From positions 128,001 to 192,000 of the IMG/VR virus record IMGVR_UViG_3300031420_000003: a DNA stretch of 64,000 nucleotides. One strand, given 5' to 3'. Below are positions 25,225-33,090 of the stretch, piece after piece. This DNA is from a virus. The notes under the pieces were generated by a model. The model saw only the letters and a program-made list of their open reading frames with translations, was not told where the DNA came from and ran no database searches. Positions within the stretch are counted from its first letter, which is position 1, and every line of letters starts with the position of its first letter. Position numbers and translations under genes: made by a program.

Positions 25225-26223
25225 CTAGCCCGCCTTGATGCTGGCGGCAACCCAGTTGATTAGTCCATCACCGACGCGATCGAGTGCGGTGGTAAATGCA
25301 TTCTCAAGCTCCAGTGCGTTTTTGTAACGCAGGGTAGCCAGACGAAGCTCCGCCCCTTTGTGGTTCTTAAGGCCGGCTTTCATCTTCTCAATTTCTTCGT
25401 AGATGCCGCTGTAACCAAAGAGGCCATTTTTAGCACCCCGATTACGCAACGTCTTGGCAATAGTGGTGACCGCCTGCAACGCTTTCTTGCACTCAGCCAC
25501 CTCCAGAGAAGGGATTTCTTTTTTGTAGCTACCACCGTGGGCAACCGCAAATTGTACTTTGCCTTTCTCACCCTCACCGTGGGTAACCACAATCACGTTA
25601 CCCGCCAGTGGCCGGGCTTGGACATCCGCCTCACCAAAGCGACCCAGATACCCGGACGCACGGTGAATCGCCGCATTGGAGCTGTAACCAATCTTGCTCA
25701 GTTCACCGTCTTCCAACTTACGACGGTCGATGACCGGAGAGAACACAATCTGACGGGTTATCACCGTGTACTGCTTAACCACGGCTTCTAACCCATCGGC
25801 AGAGTTCGCAAGCTTGATGCACTCTTTAAAGTTGGGTAGGTCTTCAAAACAGACTTTGGACGTCCAGCTACCGCTTGGCACCGTGTGACTGTGCAGTGCG
25901 CTGATGCTGTTCAGACGAGACTGCATGTCTGTGACGTGCTTGTCCAACAAATCCGCTTGGTCGTTCATCTTCTTCAACAGCGCGAGGTAGCGCGTCCCAA
26001 AGAAGCCAGCGAAATCATTGAACACTTGCGCCAACAGCGAGGAGGTTTTCTCCGGGGTTTTGTTACGGGCTGATTCGCCCGCAACCAATACCACGTCGTG
26101 TAATCCCCAGCGCTTAGCGATAGACTGGATTGCAGGGTTATCGATACCCACGCCGATAGATTCCAGCGCGACCACGGTATCGTAGTTCTCCCACAACGTT
26201 TCAAAATCTTGTTCTAATGACAT
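25225..26223 (-). CDS. internal head protein (phiKZ internal-protein-like), protease-processed
   Basis: SLE/VALES/VAGES motifs; GSWTSKVCFED, AGNVIV, IPSLEVAEC. Confidence 0.7.
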   Translation of the reverse strand: MSLEQDFETLWENYDTVVALESIGVGIDNPAIQSIAKRWGLHDVVLVAGESARNKTPEKTSSLLAQVFNDFAGFFGTRYLALLKKMNDQADLLDKHVTDMQSRLNSISALHSHTVPSGSWTSKVCFEDLPNFKECIKLANSADGLEAVVKQYTVITRQIVFSPVIDRRKLEDGELSKIGYSSNAAIHRASGYLGRFGEADVQARPLAGNVIVVTHGEGEKGKVQFAVAHGGSYKKEIPSLEVAECKKALQAVTTIAKTLRNRGAKNGLFGYSGIYEEIEKMKAGLKNHKGAELRLATLRYKNALELENAFTTALDRVGDGLINWVAASIKAG

Positions 26224-26245
26224 GGGATGTCCCTCGAACCTATTG

Positions 26246-26509
26246 TCAGGTTTCGATTAAATAGTAGTAATAACGATTAGGCCAGCGGACAGCAATGGCA
26301 AAGAGCTCATTGGTCTTTCCGTCGACGTAGTTAATCAACCGTGGACGATCTTTGTTATCCGGCACAGACACGAACTCGCGTGTGTTCAGATAGTCAAAGA
26401 ACTCCTGTTCCGTCCCTTGCCACTCGACCGGTTGTTGAATCGGCAGAGGTTTTGGTGGTGGAGGACTAAACGCCTCCATCAGTCGTTTCAGCAAAGAAGT
26501 CTTTTGCAT
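26246..26509 (-). CDS. hypothetical protein
   Basis: 87-aa ORF, GAGG RBS. Confidence 0.7.
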   Translation of the reverse strand: MQKTSLLKRLMEAFSPPPPKPLPIQQPVEWQGTEQEFFDYLNTREFVSVPDNKDRPRLINYVDGKTNELFAIAVRWPNRYYYYLIET

Positions 26510-26525
26510 GTGTGCCTCAGAGGAA

Positions 26526-27092
26526 TCATAATAAACGCAAGGACGTCAGCCAGTCTTGGCCTTGGTTTGCGTGATGGTAAGTTGGTACGTTAACGGACTT
26601 CGCGTACATGACGCCCATAAACGTCCCGCCAGTTGGGTTGCCTTGCTTATTTATCGGCGCTGAGTAGTACACAGCATCCGACGGCGAGTGCAAATCATCA
26701 CCCATAATGATATTCAAGTTACGTCCGTGCAGTTTCAACGAGAAGTCTTTAAGGTAATCCGGCGCAGGATGCAGGGAGCGAACAATCTCCACATACAGCG
26801 GGGTTTGCTCAATCACCCGGAAATCCACAAACGGGTTCTTCTCTTTTAACCAGAGCTTCTTGTCATCCGGCAGATAACAGACAAACGTGATACGGATATC
26901 GCCTTTGAAGTACCGGGCCAGCATAAACTGCAACTGGTCAGGCCCTTTCCAGCAACCCCCACTGACAATTTCTAATTCAAACCCTTTCTCCAACAGGATG
27001 TTAATACCGGCCAGTAATTGGGCATACATTTCTTGCATGGTTTCTTGATCGGTCTCGCGTGAGCCAATAATAGCCAGTCTATATTTTTTCAT
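26526..27092 (-). CDS. SLOG/DprA-like Rossmann-fold protein
   Basis: LAIIGSRET, IVSGGCWKGPD, LHPAP, LHGRN..IIMGDDL..PSD, GGTFMGVMYA; start re-called at MKKYR after AGGAGG. Confidence 0.75.
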   Translation of the reverse strand: MKKYRLAIIGSRETDQETMQEMYAQLLAGINILLEKGFELEIVSGGCWKGPDQLQFMLARYFKGDIRITFVCYLPDDKKLWLKEKNPFVDFRVIEQTPLYVEIVRSLHPAPDYLKDFSLKLHGRNLNIIMGDDLHSPSDAVYYSAPINKQGNPTGGTFMGVMYAKSVNVPTYHHANQGQDWLTSLRLL

Positions 27093-27106
27093 GGTTGTGC
27101 ACCTCC

Positions 27107-27131
27107 TATATCCAACACCTGTGACGCAAAA
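27107..27131 (-). promoter_or_regulatory. class-2 promoter variant
   Basis: Minus strand TTTTGCGT-N13-TATA. Confidence 0.35.
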
Positions 27132-27167
27132 AATAAGAGGTTTTACCCTCTCCAAAGAGAGGGTAAG
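27128..27167 (-). terminator. intrinsic terminator
   Basis: TTACCCTCTC-caaa-GAGAGGGTAA. Confidence 0.75.
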
Positions 27168-27173
27168 GTAACG

Positions 27174-28259
27174 CTAGTAAAACTTGTCTTTCTTAAAGCC
27201 GTCGAGTTTCGTGACCGTCACCAGTTCAGCAAGCCCAACCGGGATTGCAATGGTGAACTGTACACTTCCCGTATAGGCAACGTTGGTTGCCAGTGCGGTA
27301 ATCGTCACTCGGCGTTTTAGGTAATCAAAGACGAAACCATAATCGGTTTGGTCGAGGTAGAAACGGTCAGCAAGTGTCGCGATTAACGTTGGGATGTCGA
27401 TGGTACGGTCGTTACGGTTCAACCCTACCTCACCCGGCGTTAACACTGGCGTCTTTGGCCAGACCGCAGACAGGGCCATACGTTTGTACGTAAAGGTCAC
27501 CCAGTCATCTATTACCTCAGAAGGCTCAGCCAGCAAATCTAAATCGATGCCGGTATTCCCGCCTTTCACTGATGGCGTGCTCAGGACACTTAAGTCCTTC
27601 CATGCAAACTGGGTCTTATCAAACGTAAAGCCGTTCTCAAAGTTGACCAGCCCAATCAATAAATCCCATGGGGCTTTGGTAAACACCACAGGATACGCGT
27701 CTGTAATGGGTGGCTCCGTGCTGCCCACTGGATTAAACTGAAAGCCCAATAAATCCTTGCTCTTGACAAACTCGCCGAAGTAATGCGGCAGGCGATAGAG
27801 AAAGACTTCTTCAAACACGAACGAGTCACAACGGAACGTGATGAACCAACCACTTTCATCCGTGTTGTACGTCACAAAACAAGCATTAGGCGGGTTGAAG
27901 ATTTTGTTGATGTTAAAGCCCATCTTCGCAATGGCGTTTTCCACCATTGCCTGAGCGGCGTTATCCCACACGCGGTTGCTCGACGGAACGTTAAGCGGGT
28001 TAAACCAACTTAAGTCTGCCTTGCTAAAGAGCAGGACGTCGCCCAGTTGTATCTTGGTGTGTTGCACATCGACCGTGTCGTCATCCTTCGACAGGTTAGT
28101 GAGTCGCAGCCCGTAAACACCCGGGTAGAGTTCCCCACGCTTTGTGATACCGGTGTTCGCTACCGTCAAAGGCGTATCGATCGTATCGTCATTGGCAAAG
28201 TTCACCAAATCCAATAGCGACTGTTGGTGTGTTCGGGTGCGGTTAATGATAAAGGTCAT
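27174..28259 (-). CDS. virion structural protein, two copies of phiKZ gp131-like (SPN3US family-B-like) repeat domain
   Basis: Two modules each beginning LL.LVNF.N and ending L/F...V....L.GF. Confidence 0.65.
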   Translation of the reverse strand: MTFIINRTRTHQQSLLDLVNFANDDTIDTPLTVANTGITKRGELYPGVYGLRLTNLSKDDDTVDVQHTKIQLGDVLLFSKADLSWFNPLNVPSSNRVWDNAAQAMVENAIAKMGFNINKIFNPPNACFVTYNTDESGWFITFRCDSFVFEEVFLYRLPHYFGEFVKSKDLLGFQFNPVGSTEPPITDAYPVVFTKAPWDLLIGLVNFENGFTFDKTQFAWKDLSVLSTPSVKGGNTGIDLDLLAEPSEVIDDWVTFTYKRMALSAVWPKTPVLTPGEVGLNRNDRTIDIPTLIATLADRFYLDQTDYGFVFDYLKRRVTITALATNVAYTGSVQFTIAIPVGLAELVTVTKLDGFKKDKFY

Positions 28260-28271
28260 AGTCCGGCTCCG

Positions 28272-28308
28272 AAAAGAAAAGCCCCCTGCCTACCGAAGTA
28301 AGCAGGGA
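28272..28308 (-). terminator. intrinsic terminator (UUCG loop)
   Basis: CCCTGCCTAC-cgaa-GTAAGCAGGG. Confidence 0.7.
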
Positions 28309-28313
28309 GACGG

Positions 28314-28706
28314 TCAGTACCCGTAGAGCGGGTAGCGGGCTATAATGGTTTTGCCAATATAGAACGTAAGGACCTGTGTGGCGACCGTCTTCATGGAAGT
28401 CGGTGGCGTCGACAAGTCAGCACGTATGTTCTCATAACAACTCCCCGCATCGATGAACTGGTAGATTTTACGTTTGGTGTTCACCAAGTAAAACCCCCCG
28501 CCCGGACAGGTGTCTGTCTTTCCGAAGTTGACGACCGCGAAATCCCCACCTTCTGACACGGTACGTGCACGGTCAGTCGATTCGAATTTCACTTTAGGCT
28601 CATCAGGACTGTTAGGCTGGTACCCCAGCATTTCACTTGGATTGAACTCCGCATGTGCAGTCTGAGAAAGTACCAATAATAGCAAAACAGCCAATACAGA
28701 ACGCAT
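28314..28706 (-). CDS. exported (Sec signal peptide) protein
   Basis: MRSVLAVLLLLVLSQTAHA|EF signal peptide with AHA site; two Cys. Confidence 0.75.
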   Translation of the reverse strand: MRSVLAVLLLLVLSQTAHAEFNPSEMLGYQPNSPDEPKVKFESTDRARTVSEGGDFAVVNFGKTDTCPGGGFYLVNTKRKIYQFIDAGSCYENIRADLSTPPTSMKTVATQVLTFYIGKTIIARYPLYGY

Positions 28707-29200
28707 CAATTTTTATCCTCTTTCAGGTAGGCTTGAAGCCAAGGCTGCTCCTCTAGTCGGGGGAGCATGTTACGTGTGCTCCACGTTTGACGGCAGTTTG
28801 GCATCGTGGCGAGGTACTGTTTTTTGAAACGTTCCCAGTGATAAGCCGCGGGTTTGGTTTTAAAGCCAGACTGGCCTAAGACCACCTCCCACTCCAAGTC
28901 CTTGACAAACTCCTCCACTAACATCATCACCACATCCTTCCAGAGTGAACGACGGTAGTGTTTGGCAAAGTGAGCTTTCAGTTCTTGGTAGTTGACTTTA
29001 CATCTGGGCCGTATTGCTGGTGTAGATTTAGGTATAGCAATTTTGATGGCGGAGCTTTGGATTATCTTGACAGGTTGACCGCGGACCGTTGAGCGAACAA
29101 GGTCTAAATCGCAATCAGCTATCTTTTCGGTAACACAGATAACTTCCACACCGCTATCACACTGTTGACGTGTTTCATAGACGACACGCTGCATTTTCAT
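28706..29200 (-). CDS. hypothetical protein
   Basis: 164-aa ORF in operon. Confidence 0.7.
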   Translation of the reverse strand: MKMQRVVYETRQQCDSGVEVICVTEKIADCDLDLVRSTVRGQPVKIIQSSAIKIAIPKSTPAIRPRCKVNYQELKAHFAKHYRRSLWKDVVMMLVEEFVKDLEWEVVLGQSGFKTKPAAYHWERFKKQYLATMPNCRQTWSTRNMLPRLEEQPWLQAYLKEDKN

Positions 29201-29214
29201 ACTTCCCGTGAGTT

Positions 29215-29694
29215 TTATATTATTTTGTTACCCACCGAAATAAAGATTGGTACCGTTTTGGCAAAGCGGGCCAACCCTACTTCAACCGGCGGGGACTGAG
29301 CCGGTTGTGTCGTCATAGTCGTCATACGGAAATACTTCTTATTGTCGAGGCCGATGTACCAATTCTCTATTCGCCAACCCTGCTGGAGAAAGAAACACTG
29401 GGCATCCACCGCGTTGGGTTCGACTATCGCTGTGAGTTTTTTCTCAGGCGATTGTGCTGCGACGTGTTTCACAAGGAACTTCGCCACACCACTGCGACGG
29501 GACTCTGGCACCACGTAGAGGTAAACGATATTACCCGGTTCGTAAATCACCATCCCGTGCACGATGTCATCTTCCACGGCCATCAGAACCTTGAGCGGCT
29601 CTTTACGAATACTGTTGGCATCCGCAAGGAACGCTGTGAGTTCGGGATAAACCTCGGCTGAGATTTTATCAATCTCAATTGACATCACTATCAT
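29215..29694 (-). CDS. GNAT family N-acetyltransferase
   Basis: IVYLYVVPESRRSGVAKFLV, NAVDAQCFFLQQGW; start re-called at MIVMS (ATGA overlap). Confidence 0.88.
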   Translation of the reverse strand: MIVMSIEIDKISAEVYPELTAFLADANSIRKEPLKVLMAVEDDIVHGMVIYEPGNIVYLYVVPESRRSGVAKFLVKHVAAQSPEKKLTAIVEPNAVDAQCFFLQQGWRIENWYIGLDNKKYFRMTTMTTQPAQSPPVEVGLARFAKTVPIFISVGNKII

Positions 29695-30389
29695 TTTAAA
29701 CCCCCTTTCAGTCGTGAAGTCACGAGCTGTAATAGTCCTTCCCACGTTTGATGGGGGTGCTCGCGAATGTCTTCCGCTAAACCACCAACCGGGTAAGCAC
29801 TGAGTAGTTCACTAAGCGGCATTGCATTAAGAGTCCGCTCTGCCTGCTCACGTGAGTATTTCCGTTTAACGAGTTCCGCAATGATTGCTTCTACGAAGGC
29901 AGACACCGGGATTGACTGGTAGTCAAGACGCGGACGTATCCACTCGACAATAACGTGACTGTATGCGAGTTTTTGCTGTTTGCCTTTTCCAAGAAACCAC
30001 CTCACTGTGAAACCGGCATCGAGAGTATTCTTCACAATGCCGTGCTCTGAAGCGACACACGCCTCATAGAGATTATACGCAGTCAAAAGCTTGGTCACCC
30101 GTTTGAGTAACAGCTCCTGATTAAAGAGACACAGGTCTCTGGGTGCACCCCGCATGGTATCCCGGTCAGCCAGCATGTTACGGAACTGGAACCCGATTTT
30201 CCCGGCAGGTTCACCGTACGTCCGATAACGGTTACGCGTACCTTGACGCTCTAAGACGTCGTTGATGACACACATCACCATGGCATGTTTAACTGGGTTA
30301 CTGAAGCGGTGATTGTCACCGTTGGTAATGGCACTGATTAGGCCAGCAGCGGGGAGTAATACCACGCGCTTGTCGAACTTTAAATCCAT
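29691..30389 (-). CDS. hypothetical protein
   Basis: Start re-called at MDLKF; downstream of class-2 motif. Confidence 0.75.
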   Translation of the reverse strand: MDLKFDKRVVLLPAAGLISAITNGDNHRFSNPVKHAMVMCVINDVLERQGTRNRYRTYGEPAGKIGFQFRNMLADRDTMRGAPRDLCLFNQELLLKRVTKLLTAYNLYEACVASEHGIVKNTLDAGFTVRWFLGKGKQQKLAYSHVIVEWIRPRLDYQSIPVSAFVEAIIAELVKRKYSREQAERTLNAMPLSELLSAYPVGGLAEDIREHPHQTWEGLLQLVTSRLKGGLK

Positions 30390-30415
30390 GAGACTTCCCC
30401 GACTGTGAAAATACA

Positions 30416-30438
30416 CATAATTGCGGCCAACTGTAAAA
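30416..30438 (-). promoter_or_regulatory. class-2 promoter (short spacer)
   Basis: Minus strand TTTTACAG-N11-TATG. Confidence 0.4.
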
Positions 30439-30473
30439 AGAAATAAAAGAAGTCGAGTCCCGAAGGACTCGAC
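30435..30473 (-). terminator. intrinsic terminator (UUCG loop)
   Basis: GTCGAGTCC-cgaa-GGACTCGAC with A-run on +. Confidence 0.8.
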
Positions 30474-30477
30474 AGTC

Positions 30478-31026
30478 TTACTTGGTGGCGGCTTTATTCA
30501 TCTTGTGCTCAACCACCTTCGCGGTAATCGCCAGTGAGCTGTAAGCCAATGTTTTAATTGGCACGGCTGCAAAGGCAATCAGTCCGCCTAAAGGTACGAG
30601 CACCGTCAGGAGCACATCCGTTCGGTCAACCTGTGGCTGCTGTAGCAAATCCCAAAGCGCTACGCCTGTGAAGGCGAGTAATGCCATTGCCAAAAACCAA
30701 ATCAGCAGTTTTTGACCCGACATCAGCGTTGGGTATAAGGTCATCACGGTTTCCTTGCTGTACTTTGCATCCATCCCCTCTAAGGAGTCCACCGCTAACT
30801 TCTCAAACGCCTCTGCCATCACGCCGACCTTGTCCACTAACAGCGGACGCAGTGACGCTAAGATAGAGTTCGCAGGAAGCGCGGTGTTAACAGCGGCAGC
30901 ACCGATGGTCAGTGCAGCATCCTGAACACGCGAGGCTTCATCCGGAGTCAAGACACGGTCACCGGCTTGAATCAAGGTATCCAGTAATGCAGGTGCAGCT
31001 GTTTGCAAGGATTGGGTCATGGTCAC
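30478..31026 (-). CDS. two-TM membrane protein
   Basis: LLIWFLAMALLAFTGVALW and VLLTVLVPLGGLIAFAAV. Confidence 0.75.
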   Translation of the reverse strand: MTMTQSLQTAAPALLDTLIQAGDRVLTPDEASRVQDAALTIGAAAVNTALPANSILASLRPLLVDKVGVMAEAFEKLAVDSLEGMDAKYSKETVMTLYPTLMSGQKLLIWFLAMALLAFTGVALWDLLQQPQVDRTDVLLTVLVPLGGLIAFAAVPIKTLAYSSLAITAKVVEHKMNKAATK

Positions 31027-31676
31027 TTCCTCCGGCGTCGACTCCTTCGCCGTGAGCCTTTCGGCGCTTTAGGCTTCTTCTCACGAGGAGGGAGCAGACT
31101 GTTTAGTGATAATAGTGAAATACGAACGAAGATGTTGCCAACAGCCACGGCATCAATTGAGTGCTCATCCAGTGCGGTAAGGTCAATCAATGTGTGGTTC
31201 TCGTATAGGCGGGTCACGGCCGCAAACATGTGTGTTTTGTCCGTGCCTTTCGCCTCAACGCCCACGTAGGACTTCACAATAATGGGATTGAACCCATGCA
31301 AGCACTTTTCCGGGAAGATCTCAAACAGCGTATTACGCAGCATTTGCTGTAACTCGACCCCTGACTCGTAGGCCGAGAGTTTCAGTCGCTGCATAAACGG
31401 TGTTTCAGTACAGCAGAAGGTTGGCCGTGCAATCCGCAGGAAATCTGCGTAGCCTTCTCGCAACTTGGCCATTCGGGCATCACGTTTACCGCATACCTCA
31501 GAATGGCTGTTTTGATGCGTGGGGTCGACCGCGTGTAAAGTACCTGCCCAGACCACTTCGGCCTGAGGTTCACCGTACACCCAGTCGAGCACCGCAAGAC
31601 CCAAGTACGAGGTACCGGGGTCAACAGCACAGATTCGAACCGAGTTATCAGGAAACCGCGGTTCGGGTATCAGCAT
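31023..31676 (-). CDS. ruvC: RuvC-like Holliday junction resolvase
   Basis: ICAVDPGTSYLGLA, CTETPF, VKSYVG...DK, EHSIDAVAVG. Confidence 0.88.
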   Translation of the reverse strand: MLIPEPRFPDNSVRICAVDPGTSYLGLAVLDWVYGEPQAEVVWAGTLHAVDPTHQNSHSEVCGKRDARMAKLREGYADFLRIARPTFCCTETPFMQRLKLSAYESGVELQQMLRNTLFEIFPEKCLHGFNPIIVKSYVGVEAKGTDKTHMFAAVTRLYENHTLIDLTALDEHSIDAVAVGNIFVRISLLSLNSLLPPREKKPKAPKGSRRRSRRRRK

Positions 31677-32563
31677 CAGTTCGGGCCTAACCAGAACGGC
31701 ACGGTCTGACCGATGTTGATAGTCAGCTCGAGGTTGTCGTTCGTGACCGCGAGGTTAGCGTAAAGGTCGATGTAATACATCACCTGTACACCGATCGCTT
31801 CGTCGTAGCTGAACTTCGACCCGGTTGCTGACTCGCCCGACTCAACGGCATCCAGACCAGAACACACCGCGATTTCAGACACGATGGACGACTGTGAACT
31901 GCCGCGCATAATCGCACAGACGTTCATGTATTCCTGCACGTCGAAATCATTCCAGCCGATACGCAGTTCAACGTTGGATTTCGCATAACGCCCGTCAGGT
32001 AACTCAACGGTGGTGTCGTCATCGTAGTTGAACTCCGGCAGCTCTGCCGGTTTCGGATACAGTTCGTTATCGGTGTAGTTAAACAGGTCAACCTGCTCCT
32101 CACCGTTCTCACGACGGATATCGTAGTCGGTGGTTTCTACCGAACGCATGTCAATACGTTTCAGGTAGTACGCCCAGTAATCGACCCCGCCAATGGTGAG
32201 CTTGGTACGAAACGCGTAGTTGGCGCGTTGCGCATCGGTCAAGTCATTGTCCATGCGACGCAGCACAAACGGCATGGCTTTGTACATACCCGAGTACGAG
32301 GCTTTCTTACCAAGTGGGACGAAGTCGTAGATGTCGTCATCTGCCAGTGAAGCCGTGTGGCCTTTGATACCGATGCACATGTACTTGATGGTCGGACGGG
32401 CAGCGGGGTCTGGTACCTTGGCAGTCATCAGGTTGAGGTGTTCATTCAACGTGGACTTCTGCGGGTACTTAACCGGTGCACCGCAAAGCAGTGCAGACGT
32501 CAAGCGCATGGCGCTGAGCGTCACCGTGTTAATCTTGCCGTCATAGACTTTACTGTTAGCCAT
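31676..32563 (-). CDS. conserved phiKZ-like virion structural protein
   Basis: STLNE, YMCIGIKGH, MPFVLR...DL....R.NY, YYLKRID, SEIAVCSG motifs typical of this phiKZ-like family; position next to RuvC. Confidence 0.7.
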   Translation of the reverse strand: MANSKVYDGKINTVTLSAMRLTSALLCGAPVKYPQKSTLNEHLNLMTAKVPDPAARPTIKYMCIGIKGHTASLADDDIYDFVPLGKKASYSGMYKAMPFVLRRMDNDLTDAQRANYAFRTKLTIGGVDYWAYYLKRIDMRSVETTDYDIRRENGEEQVDLFNYTDNELYPKPAELPEFNYDDDTTVELPDGRYAKSNVELRIGWNDFDVQEYMNVCAIMRGSSQSSIVSEIAVCSGLDAVESGESATGSKFSYDEAIGVQVMYYIDLYANLAVTNDNLELTINIGQTVPFWLGPN

Positions 32564-33083
32564 TTAATTCTCCTGGAAAGCTAAAACCATCAAGTTCGGT
32601 TTTGGACACAAGCACTTTTAGCTTGCGTGGCGTGGGATCGACGAACTCAATAGCAATGGTACCCTTCAACGACAGATGACGTGGTATCAGACGCACCGTA
32701 AAGTCGGTTGCATCCTCAGGGATAGGTTCAATCAGAATCTGATGCGGGTTAATGTTAACGCCGAGCTCGTCGAAGATATACGGCGCTAACTGTTCGCTGG
32801 ACGTCACGGCCCCAAAGGGTACCGGCACCACAGCACCCCGCAACAGTTTGTTCAAATCACCACGGGTAAAGACGAAGTTCTGCGAACCGCTGTACCCGTT
32901 TCGGTAGTACGCCGCTGCTTTCGATTCCACACCTTCACGGCGGGCTTCTTCTACACTCAGCGGCACTGCACCACGGGAATCAAAGGTGAGTTGATCTGGA
33001 GTATAAGATGTGCCAAACACGTAATTGATGCGGTTAATTAGAATCTCGGGTGCGGTTTTGGATAAATCCACACGGTACGTCAT
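32556..33083 (-). CDS. virion structural protein, single gp131-like repeat domain
   Basis: DLSKTAPEILINRIN, FTRGDL, LSLKGTI, LVSKTELDGF. Confidence 0.65.
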   Translation of the reverse strand: MTYRVDLSKTAPEILINRINYVFGTSYTPDQLTFDSRGAVPLSVEEARREGVESKAAAYYRNGYSGSQNFVFTRGDLNKLLRGAVVPVPFGAVTSSEQLAPYIFDELGVNINPHQILIEPIPEDATDFTVRLIPRHLSLKGTIAIEFVDPTPRKLKVLVSKTELDGFSFPGELNG

Positions 33084-33090
33084 AAGCCTC

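Noticed and set aside
30478-31026. Holin call
   Set aside because: Two TM helices only; no endolysin or spanin nearby to support it
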